64,000 nucleotides of DNA from Patescibacteria group bacterium (GTDB lineage: Bacteria; Patescibacteriota; Patescibacteriia; Patescibacteriales; UBA12465): NCBI GenBank assembly GCA_041661685.1, contig JBAZTY010000002.1, positions 29,126 to 93,125 of the forward strand, given 5' to 3'. A program made the position numbers and the translations under genes. Each line of letters opens with the position of its first letter. Positions within the stretch are counted from its first letter, which is position 1. The notes beneath the pieces were generated by a model, which was not told the origin of the DNA, did no database searches, and saw nothing but the letters and a program-made list of their open reading frames with translations. Of this stretch, positions 34,158-42,070 are shown in pieces.

Positions 34158-35453
34158 TTAATGACTTTTCTGCAAATATTTAAAAATATTTTCCGCTGCT
34201 ATTGCTCCCTCCGAACAGGCGGTAATAATTTGCCTAAAAGAATTTGAATTAGTGGTTATGTCCCCGGCCGCCCAAACACCTTCTCGGCTAGTAGCCTGAT
34301 TTTCTTTAGTTGCTATATAATGCCCTTCATCCGTTTCTAAAGATAGTTGATTAATTAAATCTAAATCTGGCTCAGAGCCAACCTCGACAAAGACGCCATC
34401 GACGCTTAATTCATTTTTGCCAGCAAAGGGTTTATCTAATTTTAAACCAGTCAGCTTTTCGACGCCAAGCAGTTCGGTAATTTGAGTATTATAAATAACG
34501 CTAATATTTTTATTCGAATTAACCTGATCTATCCAGGCTGTTTCTCCGCGCAAAGAATCGCCTCTGTAAATCTGATAAACTTTATGAGCCACTCGAGCTA
34601 AATATAAGGAGGCGGTGTTAGCACTATCGCTGCCGCCGACCACAGCCACTGTTTTATCTTTATAAAACAGCGCATCACAAGTTGCGCAATAAGAAACACC
34701 CCTGCCTATCAAATTTTTTTCATTGGGCAAATCTAAATGCCGGTGTTTCGTTCCAGTGGCCAGCAGCACAGTCTTAGCTTTAATAATTTCATTATTAGAC
34801 AAAGTAATATTGTATAGCCCGCCAAGCTGTTTAATAGAATTGACCCTGGAGATTTTTTGCGGCACTTCTAAGGCGTTAACTTGATTAGCCATTTTTTGGC
34901 TTAAGTCCATTCCGGAAATTTCCGTTTCTGACGGGAAATTACAAATTTTATGAGATGATGTCATCAGACCGCCCGGAAGATCGCCGATTAATGCCTGATT
35001 AATTTTATAACGAGCCGCATAAATTGCCGCTGTCATGCCTGCCGGCCCATTACCAATAATACACAAGTCGTATTGTTCCGCCTCTTTGTTATCGGCGCTT
35101 AGTTTCAAACTACTTTCACCGCACAATTTTTCCAAAATATTTTCAAGTTCTTTTTCTTCGATATCGCCGGATAAACGCTCGTTAATTAATTGCCCTGACT
35201 TAAAAAATAAAATTGTGGGCGAGCCGCTAACCCCCAAAGATATAGCCAGTTCTCGATGCTGTTGGCGAAATATCTTTATAAATTTAACAGATGGGAATGA
35301 TTTAGACATTTTTTCATATACCGGCGCTAATTTTTCACAGGGCGGGCATTCGTCAGAAAAGAAATCTACAGCCAAAATAGGCCAAGTTTTTTTTAAAGAT
35401 TCCAATTCAATATCTGATTCTAGATAAGTAATTTCCATATTTTTTATTTTCAA
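34158..35453 (-). CDS. Thioredoxin-domain / thioredoxin-disulfide-reductase fusion protein
   Basis: 431 aa. The N-terminal ~110 aa are a Trx fold with CPPC. Then follow FAD motif IIGNGPAGMTAA and redox CATCD of TrxR. The ORF-track start is TTG at 35453, and an ATG at 35438 is the likelier start. In the NADPH-site region, HRRD reads YRGD. Confidence 0.8.
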   Translation of the reverse strand: MKIKNMEITYLESDIELESLKKTWPILAVDFFSDECPPCEKLAPVYEKMSKSFPSVKFIKIFRQQHRELAISLGVSGSPTILFFKSGQLINERLSGDIEEKELENILEKLCGESSLKLSADNKEAEQYDLCIIGNGPAGMTAAIYAARYKINQALIGDLPGGLMTSSHKICNFPSETEISGMDLSQKMANQVNALEVPQKISRVNSIKQLGGLYNITLSNNEIIKAKTVLLATGTKHRHLDLPNEKNLIGRGVSYCATCDALFYKDKTVAVVGGSDSANTASLYLARVAHKVYQIYRGDSLRGETAWIDQVNSNKNISVIYNTQITELLGVEKLTGLKLDKPFAGKNELSVDGVFVEVGSEPDLDLINQLSLETDEGHYIATKENQATSREGVWAAGDITTNSNSFRQIITACSEGAIAAENIFKYLQKSH

Positions 35454-36487
35454 TTATTAAATTTTTTAGCTAACCAAAATGAACTTGGTATTTGAATCAA
35501 ATAGGCCAGGATTACAACTATAACCGCTAGGCTATAATCGGAATTTTGATAAATCAATGAGGTGGCTAAGCCCAGGGCTAAAGTTATATAGCGCAAATAA
35601 GTGCCCCAGGCTATCGCCCGGCCGTCAGCTCCTTCGGTGTATTTATAGAGCATTAACGAAATTATCAGGCTCGCAACGTAAAATATTACTAACGGTATCA
35701 GGGCTTTTATTAATAAGTCCGGGCGTTCAAAAATTATTTTGTTCTGCTTAATCCCCATTAAGGCAAACAGCATAAATATTAAACCAAGATTGCTAAAGGC
35801 AGCAAATTTTTGTTTTATAAGTATCAAAGTATTATTGTCAGATTTTTTTTTAAGATACTCCTGAGTAAGATATGCCAACAGCAGGGGAATAATTATAATT
35901 ATTAGAATCGGTAAAGCGATTTTTAGCGGACTGACGCGACCGGAACCATCGAACAAGCAATTTACCGCCCCTTTTGTTACTGGGTCTAAAACACAAGATT
36001 GCGTGCTTGGCTGGCTCGGAATAATCGTTAATTTATTGATAGCTATTGTTAAATAGAAGGGAACTAATGCGACTGCTGCCAGCAAATTAGCGAAAACAAT
36101 GCCAACCGTTAGGGGCATATTTGCTTTTGATTTATAAGCCCAAGTAGTTACCATCCCTCCTCCGGGCAGGATTGATAAAAGAATCAAGCCAAGCCAGAGC
36201 ATCGGCTCATGCGCCAAGAACAACCAGCCAATAAGAACGGCGAGCAAGGGCGCGACCAGAAAATTAATTATAATTGAGAAAAATATTAATTTTTTAAAAT
36301 GGCCTATTTCTTTTATCTTAGCAAAGTCTAGGGGGACTAAAGACGGATAAATCATTATTAGAGCGGCTAAAGCGCAAAGAGCCGGAGTAAAATTATAACC
36401 GCCCGTTATTTTAAGTAATAATAAACCCAGCAACATCGCCGATAAAATCAACCAAAATAAATATTTTTGGACAAATTGTTTAACCAT
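35450..36487 (-). CDS. BART-superfamily transporter (ACR3 arsenite-efflux / BASS-like)
   Basis: 345 aa, about 10 TM. IMIYPSLVPLDFAKIKE and LSILPGGGMVTTWAYKSKANMPLTVGIVFANLL align by eye with ACR3 MYPPLAKV...GLARCIAMVIVWNDLAKGD...VAFNS. The ACR3 Cys is absent. TGA stop. Confidence 0.6.
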   Translation of the reverse strand: MVKQFVQKYLFWLILSAMLLGLLLLKITGGYNFTPALCALAALIMIYPSLVPLDFAKIKEIGHFKKLIFFSIIINFLVAPLLAVLIGWLFLAHEPMLWLGLILLSILPGGGMVTTWAYKSKANMPLTVGIVFANLLAAVALVPFYLTIAINKLTIIPSQPSTQSCVLDPVTKGAVNCLFDGSGRVSPLKIALPILIIIIIPLLLAYLTQEYLKKKSDNNTLILIKQKFAAFSNLGLIFMLFALMGIKQNKIIFERPDLLIKALIPLVIFYVASLIISLMLYKYTEGADGRAIAWGTYLRYITLALGLATSLIYQNSDYSLAVIVVILAYLIQIPSSFWLAKKFNN

Positions 36488-36491
36488 CTTT

Positions 36492-36755
36492 TCATTGTAA
36501 ATATTTGTCTAATTGATTTAAATTTTTAGCTAAGGAGTCTTTATCCAGGCGATAAACAACTTTAAGCCCGCGTTTTTCCGGGATAATAAGCTTAGCATCC
36601 CTTAAAACTTTAAGATGATGAGAAACTAAGTTCTGCGGCCGGTCTAATTTTTTCCAAAGATCGCCGACGCAACACTCCGTTTTTAAATGATTTAAAATCA
36701 TTAATCTAGTAGAGTCGCCTATTGTTTTCGTGAAAGTTAATAAATCTTTTTTCAT
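36492..36755 (-). CDS. arsR: ArsR/SmtB-family metalloregulator
   Basis: 87 aa. GDSTRLMILNHL...ECCVGDLWKKLDRPQNLVSHHLKVLRDAKLI (vicinal Cys + wHTH). TGA stop. Confidence 0.85.
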   Translation of the reverse strand: MKKDLLTFTKTIGDSTRLMILNHLKTECCVGDLWKKLDRPQNLVSHHLKVLRDAKLIIPEKRGLKVVYRLDKDSLAKNLNQLDKYLQ

Positions 36756-36757
36756 AG

Positions 36758-36805
36758 TATATCAATTTATATTGATATAGTATAGCATAATTAAAACTTA
36801 GTCAA
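36758..36805 (-). promoter_or_regulatory. arsR promoter and palindromic operator
   Basis: Inverted repeat TATATCAATTTATATTGATATA (36758-36779) lies immediately upstream of the ATG. Reverse-strand TTGACT (36805-36800), 15 nt, TGcTATACT (-10 at 36784-36779). Confidence 0.6.
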
Positions 36806-36837
36806 GGGAACTAAGTTTTAATTAACTTTCCATAGAA

Positions 36838-37299
36838 TTATTTTATAAGGTGAGAACAATTATTTTTTCCATAGATTCTATTCATGCACCCCTGGCGAGA
36901 AAAAACATCATTTAAGCCAATCGCATCAACTAAATATCCGGCCATAATTATAGCGGCCGCAAATCCAATTATAATTATTTTAAAGTTTATTTTATAAGAA
37001 AAATCATATTTACGGATCAGCCACAGTCCTATTATTAATCCTAAAATAGCCGATACTACCGCCCACCAAGGAAAACTCGCTAATAATTGTTCGAAGCGAT
37101 ATTGCCCCATCGGACCATGCGAACGCAGAGAAAATCTAATAAGACCAAAAAGAAAAACAGAACTCAGAGTTGATAGTATCAAACTAACAAAAACTAAAAC
37201 CGAACCAATAATGAAATATAGCTTGGGGCGCATTTTTAATTTTCCGTGGCGAATTTCGCCCATTATACTATCGGTAATATTTTTTAATTCTTTTGGCAT
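36838..37299 (-). CDS. Membrane protein downstream of ECF sigma (possible anti-sigma factor)
   Basis: 153 aa, 4 TM. Overlaps the sigma-factor stop by 16 nt. Confidence 0.5.
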   Translation of the reverse strand: MPKELKNITDSIMGEIRHGKLKMRPKLYFIIGSVLVFVSLILSTLSSVFLFGLIRFSLRSHGPMGQYRFEQLLASFPWWAVVSAILGLIIGLWLIRKYDFSYKINFKIIIIGFAAAIIMAGYLVDAIGLNDVFSRQGCMNRIYGKNNCSHLIK

Positions 37300-37826
37300 A
37301 TATGTTTAATTAGTATTTTTGCCCGGCTGATGCGGGTTGCGATTGTTCCCATTGGTAATCTTAAGATATCGCTTATTTCCTTGTAAGATTTTTCGTCGAT
37401 ATAATATAAACGGAGCGGCTCCGCGTATAATAAAGGCATTTTAGCAAAACATTTTTCAACTTTGGCAATAAGTTCTTGCTTGGCAAAATTTAACTCCAGA
37501 TCTTCTTCGCTTTTAAAATCTATTTTTTCTAAAATTGGCACCTCTCTTTGATATTTTTTAGCGATATTGATGGCTTCATTATGGACAATGCGATAAATCC
37601 AGCTGGAAAATTTCTTTTTTGTATTAAAACCTCGTAAATTTATAAAAGCCTTTATAAAAGATTCCTGAACAATATCAGCGGCCCTATCTTCATCTCGAAT
37701 TAAATTAGCAGCATAGCGTAAAAGTTTTTCTTGATATCTTTCAATAATCACAGCATAAAGCTCCTGATCTTCCGATCGGACGCGTTCTATAATTTCTTCA
37801 TCGGAGAGCAAGTTATTTTCACTCAT
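37284..37826 (-). CDS. ECF-type sigma-70 family RNA polymerase sigma factor
   Basis: 180 aa. Region 2 (DRAADIVQESFIKAFINL...FSSWIYRIVHNEAIN) and region 4 (SYKEISDILRLPMGTIATRISRAK). Confidence 0.85.
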   Translation of the reverse strand: MSENNLLSDEEIIERVRSEDQELYAVIIERYQEKLLRYAANLIRDEDRAADIVQESFIKAFINLRGFNTKKKFSSWIYRIVHNEAINIAKKYQREVPILEKIDFKSEEDLELNFAKQELIAKVEKCFAKMPLLYAEPLRLYYIDEKSYKEISDILRLPMGTIATRISRAKILIKHICQKN

Positions 37827-37910
37827 AATATCAATTATAACAAATCATGCCTAATAACACTCCAAGCCCCGAATTAATCAGGGCTTGGCGTATAATTAAA
37901 CTTTAGCGTC

Positions 37911-38318
37911 TTAACGATTCATTCCTTGGCCGGCACCCATTCTGCCAGCGCCTTTACCGCCGCCATTCTGCAATCCGCAACCTGAACCCGAGCCGTTATT
38001 CAAACCTAGCCCAAGATCTTGGCGAATTTTTTGTGCCTCTGCTGTCTTGCCCTGTTCTGCTAAATCATGAGCTTCGGCAAATTTAGCAAAATTATCTTCA
38101 TTGACAACCTGCATAACTCGGCCATTTCCTGTCATAAGATTTTTCCAAGCATTATAATCTTTATTCTCAAATGCTTGCTCCATCGCAGTATGACGATCCG
38201 CTGAATAATTCGGTCCTTTAACAGTTGGGTCGCCCTGATAAGCGAAAACGGCACTTGCAGATAGACCAGTAATACCAATTATAGCTAAAGCACCTAAGCC
38301 TAATGTAGTTTTTTTCAT
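37911..38318 (-). CDS. Secreted helical protein with Gly-rich tail, unknown function
   Basis: 135 aa. Signal peptide MKKTTLGLGALAIIGITGLSASAVFA. C-terminus GSGSGCGLQNGGGKGAGRMGAGQGMNR. First gene of the ECF-sigma cluster. Confidence 0.6.
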   Translation of the reverse strand: MKKTTLGLGALAIIGITGLSASAVFAYQGDPTVKGPNYSADRHTAMEQAFENKDYNAWKNLMTGNGRVMQVVNEDNFAKFAEAHDLAEQGKTAEAQKIRQDLGLGLNNGSGSGCGLQNGGGKGAGRMGAGQGMNR

Positions 38319-38442
38319 ATATTTTATAATTTAATAATTTATAGCTATTTCCGACCTTTCACCTCTAATACAAAGCCGAAGGCTATTTTCTTTCATAGCC
38401 CGCCATTTCAAACCGGCGGAAACGGCTACCCGTTAGATAATT

Positions 38443-39435
38443 CTATTTTAGAATAATATTAAACAAATAGCCGGTAAATATAATTCCTAGCCCAACTATA
38501 GAAGCAAAGATAATAATGAGCTTAGTCTTCATGACCTTTTTTAAAATCATAAACTCCGGCAATGATAGAGCTGTTACGGCCATCATGAAAGCTAAGGTTG
38601 TGCCCATGGCCACACCCTTCTCGGTTAAGGCGCTAACTAGGGGGATGACTCCGGCGGCGTTAGAATAAAGCGGAATACCGATCAGGGTCGCCAGCGGTAC
38701 GGCATACCATTTATCCGCTCCGGCGTACTTCGCTAAAAAATCAGCCGGGACATAGCCATGAATCCAGGCGCCGAGACCGACGCCGATAATAATATACAGC
38801 CAGACTTTCTTAACAATATCTAAAGCATAATTTAAAGCGTAGGTTATTCTTTCAGGTTGGCCTATTTTTGCTTCCGCGGCCGCTTGGTCTTTTAATTTAG
38901 TTTGCCAGACAAAATCAGCTACTAGATGTTCAACTTTCATGCGGCCAATAATTAAACCAGAAACAATGGCGATAATTAAACCGCTTAAAATATAGAGTAA
39001 AGATATCTTCCAGCCGAATAAACCGAAGAGTAGAACTAAGGCCACTTCATTAATCATCGGCGAGGCTATTAAAAAAGAAAATGTTACACTAAGCGGCACA
39101 CCTGCTTCCACAAAGCCTAAAAATAAAGGCACGGCCGAGCAAGAACAAAAGGGAGTGATTATTCCCAGCAGGGAAGCTAAAATGTGGCCGGTTAGTTTAT
39201 TCTTTTTTGCTAAAAACAAACGAATTTTCTCTGGCGGCAGATAAGTGCGAATATAAGAAACGATAGAGACGATAAAAAACAGCAAAATAAATATTTTGAG
39301 CGTATCAAAAATAAAAAAGTTAATCGCGCTAGCTAAAAGCGTTGACGGCGTGATGCTCAGGACCGAATAAGTTAGCCAGTCGGCTAATAGTTGAATAGGG
39401 TAAAACACATGATTAACCGCGGGCGCAGCTAGCAC
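38443..39435 (-). CDS. DUF318/ArsP-like permease
   Basis: 330 aa, about 8 TM. GIITPFCSCSAVPLFLGF carries the vicinal-Cys TPFCSC motif of ArsP/YraQ-type permeases. GTG start in the ORF track. Confidence 0.75.
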   Translation of the reverse strand: MLAAPAVNHVFYPIQLLADWLTYSVLSITPSTLLASAINFFIFDTLKIFILLFFIVSIVSYIRTYLPPEKIRLFLAKKNKLTGHILASLLGIITPFCSCSAVPLFLGFVEAGVPLSVTFSFLIASPMINEVALVLLFGLFGWKISLLYILSGLIIAIVSGLIIGRMKVEHLVADFVWQTKLKDQAAAEAKIGQPERITYALNYALDIVKKVWLYIIIGVGLGAWIHGYVPADFLAKYAGADKWYAVPLATLIGIPLYSNAAGVIPLVSALTEKGVAMGTTLAFMMAVTALSLPEFMILKKVMKTKLIIIFASIVGLGIIFTGYLFNIILK

Positions 39436-39718
39436 AGCTATCTATCATGTCATCGTCAGCATACTTATGGGCAGACAGGATGATTTCTTTGATTTTTTTT
39501 AAATCAGGCAAGGAACCGGCCAGCATCGTTTGTCCATTAACCGTCAAAACCGGGGACGACATAACTCCCAAAGCGATGATCTTTTGGATATCAGTTGTAT
39601 ATTCAACTTCCACTTTTAAATTTAATTCTGCTGCCGCTTTTTTAGTTAATTCGAATAACTTTTTACAAGTCGGGCAGCCGGAGCCCAAAACTTGAATCGA
39701 GGTGATTTGCTTATTCAT
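39413..39718 (-). CDS. Thioredoxin-fold 'redox-active disulfide protein 2'-like protein
   Basis: 101 aa. IQVLGSGCPTCKKL...VMSSPVLTVNG. The C-terminal extension carries CASC. Usual partner of DUF318 permeases. Confidence 0.75.
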   Translation of the reverse strand: MNKQITSIQVLGSGCPTCKKLFELTKKAAAELNLKVEVEYTTDIQKIIALGVMSSPVLTVNGQTMLAGSLPDLKKIKEIILSAHKYADDDMIDSCASCARG

Positions 39719-40025
39719 ATTTTTTTAAGAAATTAGTTAATGATAGATTATATTTTTTAAATATTATCGGATTTATAGAATAGTAATTCTTCTTCCACTC
39801 TTGCCTGATTTTAAGTAAGTTAAAATCTAGCATGATCTTTAGATGGCTAGAAACCAGATTTTGGGACAGATTGAGATTGGGGTAGATTTCACAGACGCAG
39901 CGCTCCCCGTTTTTCAACAAGCACAAAATTCTTAAACGGTTATCGTCGCCGATGATTCTAAGGAATTTAGCCAGATCGGCGAATTCGCCCGTTAGTTTTT
40001 TATTTGTACAGCATTTTGCTTTCAT
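39711..40025 (-). CDS. ArsR/SmtB-family metalloregulator (second copy)
   Basis: 104 aa. GDDNRLRILCLLKNGERCVCEIYPNLNLSQNLVSHHLK. The recognition helix QNLVSHHLK is identical to that of the first ArsR. Confidence 0.8.
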   Translation of the reverse strand: MKAKCCTNKKLTGEFADLAKFLRIIGDDNRLRILCLLKNGERCVCEIYPNLNLSQNLVSSHLKIMLDFNLLKIRQEWKKNYYSINPIIFKKYNLSLTNFLKKYE

Positions 40026-40034
40026 ACGTATATA

Positions 40035-40079
40035 ATCAATTTATATTGATATGATACTTTATTTTTTAAAAAAGGTCAA
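40035..40079 (-). promoter_or_regulatory. Promoter and operator of the second arsR operon
   Basis: Reverse strand: TTGACC (40079-40074), 17 nt, TATCAT (40056-40051). Then ATCAATTTATATTGATAT (40035-40052), an 18-nt exact match to 36761-36778. Confidence 0.65.
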
Positions 40080-40112
40080 ATGGTAAGATTCCTATCAAAT
40101 TTTAGACGGATA

Positions 40113-40148
40113 ATAAAAAAGGCTTGCAACATGTGTCGCAAGCCTTTG
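40113..40148. terminator. Intrinsic terminator downstream of the 40160 gene
   Basis: Stem GGCTTGC..AC / GT..GCAAGCC (one mismatch). A-run upstream and T-run downstream. Begins 12 nt after the TGA stop. Confidence 0.7.
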
Positions 40149-40159
40149 ATTCTTAAAGA

Positions 40160-41029
40160 TCACCACTTAGTGTAATCATTCTCTTTTTCTAGGAGTTTTA
40201 CTAAGCGTGCTTTGTTGATTGTGAAGGCCTTCATATTATCAGTCGTGTGAACGAGAATAAAGACCGTTGAATTTATTAGATCGCCGCCAGTGACCGAAAC
40301 CTTTATGAAGAATATTCCGAAAGGAACTTTCATCGATTTTGAAGATTCGCCGCTGCCTATTGAAATAGGATTTTTTGAACCTGGTTCCGAGAAGATCTTA
40401 TATCCATCGGTATCACGGTCCAAGCGAAAGACTATCTTCATGTCTTTTTCGTTCGGTCCTTTTTCTTCAGACATTATTTTAATGTCCTGATCGGTTATTC
40501 GGCACTCTGTTTCTCCTGGGTTTATCCTTTTTCGGATTTCGGCATAACGCCAGATGAATTGTGCATCGCCGTCTTCTTTGATTATAACGCCAAGCACTAA
40601 ATCTTTGTCTCTCGGAGGAGCGGGAATATAAGCTATCGAGTCTTTGCCGAAAAACTCTGTCCCCTTTCCTATCATCGAAATGACTTTAAAATGGATGCTC
40701 CCTTTGTAAACAAATTTTATCTGCCCGGATGGCAGACTGACAACTTGAGAATTCTGTCCGTCGTTAGGATTGATTAGAATTAAATTGTTTTGCGGAACAG
40801 CTTTGGTAACGGAAAACTTGTTCATGCCATCCAAAGTTTCACATTTAATAAAGACAGCTTGGCTGGCGACAGAGAAAGCCTGCACGCCGCTGTTCATGAT
40901 CGTGAACTGCTGATTGTTGATAGTTACCTTCAGTGTCTGACCAAAATTGTTAGACACTCTTAATTGACCGAAAGCAACGCCTAGGCTGCATATGATCAAT
41001 ATCGCCGAAGTAAAAATGATTTTTTTCAT
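40160..41029 (-). CDS. Secreted hypothetical protein (beta-rich)
   Basis: 289 aa. Signal peptide MKKIIFTSAILIICSLGVAFG. No recognisable motif. TGA stop followed by a terminator. Confidence 0.6.
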   Translation of the reverse strand: MKKIIFTSAILIICSLGVAFGQLRVSNNFGQTLKVTINNQQFTIMNSGVQAFSVASQAVFIKCETLDGMNKFSVTKAVPQNNLILINPNDGQNSQVVSLPSGQIKFVYKGSIHFKVISMIGKGTEFFGKDSIAYIPAPPRDKDLVLGVIIKEDGDAQFIWRYAEIRKRINPGETECRITDQDIKIMSEEKGPNEKDMKIVFRLDRDTDGYKIFSEPGSKNPISIGSGESSKSMKVPFGIFFIKVSVTGGDLINSTVFILVHTTDNMKAFTINKARLVKLLEKENDYTKW

Positions 41030-41248
41030 CTATACGTTATTGGTTTTAAGTTCTTGTTTTAAGTTTTTAAAGAAAATATCATTAAGACTACCATTAAAGA
41101 TAATCAAAATATTGTATCAATAAATCAATTATTTGTCAAGAATAAATGGGCTCGAAGAGAATGATCGTCGTCAAGTAATAAATTAGGCTGAAAAAAGCTT
41201 CTTTTTTACGGTTTTTTGTGCTATAATTGCTTAATAAATACATTTCTT

Positions 41249-42064
41249 ATGAAAAATAAGGTAAAAACTCGCAAGACTGTCGGCCTGGCGCTCGGTTCTG
41301 GAGGATTCAGAGGCTTCGTTCATATCGGCGTCCTTAAATCCCTAATCAAGCGTGGTATCCCGATTGATTATTTAAGCGGCGCCAGTATCGGCGCTTGGGT
41401 CGCGGCTTATTATGCTGCATTCCATGATATCAAAAAAATGGAGATTGAATTGGCAGCGAACCCGGCTGATAATTTGCCGATGCTTTTTGATTTCAGTCTG
41501 ACCGGTGGCTTCATCGGTGGCGATAAGGTTAATGGCGTATTGGAAAAAAGTCTGAAACATTATACTTTTTCAAAGTTGAAAACACCTTTAAGTATAGTCG
41601 CCACTGATCTAGTTAGTGGCCAGCCCTATATCTTCACTAGCGGTGACGTCGCTCGCGCGGTTCGCGCTAGTATTTCTGTCCCGCTGGTTTTTAAGCCGCT
41701 GCCTCATAAAGGGAAATTATGCGTCGATGGTGGACTTAGCAATCCGGTCCCTTGCCAGCTAGTTAGAGACATGGGCGCGGATATTGTTATCGGCGTTAAT
41801 CTATACCATAAGAATGAATTCGTGGATAGGAAATTTACGATGCCGACAGTAATTTTGAGAAGCACGCGCATCGCCCTTCATAACCTGGCTAAGGCCGATA
41901 TCAAGCTAGCTGATATCGTCATTAGTCCGGATGCTTCGAGTATCGTCAAAGAAGAGGGATTTCAGAAATATTTTACTAAAGAGATAGTTGATAATCTTAT
42001 TAAAATTGGCGAACAGGCGACGAATAGGGCGATTCCTAAGATTAAAAAATTATTGGCCCAGTAG
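41249..42064 (+). CDS. Patatin-like phospholipase
   Basis: The ORF-track TTG at 41216 overlaps a TGtgcTATAAT promoter (41222-41227), so the ATG at 41249 is the likelier start. GLALGSGGFRG oxyanion motif, GASIG nucleophile elbow, DGG catalytic Asp. Confidence 0.85.
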   Translation: MKNKVKTRKTVGLALGSGGFRGFVHIGVLKSLIKRGIPIDYLSGASIGAWVAAYYAAFHDIKKMEIELAANPADNLPMLFDFSLTGGFIGGDKVNGVLEKSLKHYTFSKLKTPLSIVATDLVSGQPYIFTSGDVARAVRASISVPLVFKPLPHKGKLCVDGGLSNPVPCQLVRDMGADIVIGVNLYHKNEFVDRKFTMPTVILRSTRIALHNLAKADIKLADIVISPDASSIVKEEGFQKYFTKEIVDNLIKIGEQATNRAIPKIKKLLAQ

Positions 42065-42070
42065 GCTATT

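Noticed and set aside
40105-40120. Third copy of the tRNA-Glu-derived repeat at the far end of the low-GC region, which would make a neat att boundary
   Set aside because: Only the low-complexity part ATAATAAAAAA (11 nt) matches. The specific GACTAC part does not. That is too likely by chance in AT-rich DNA.
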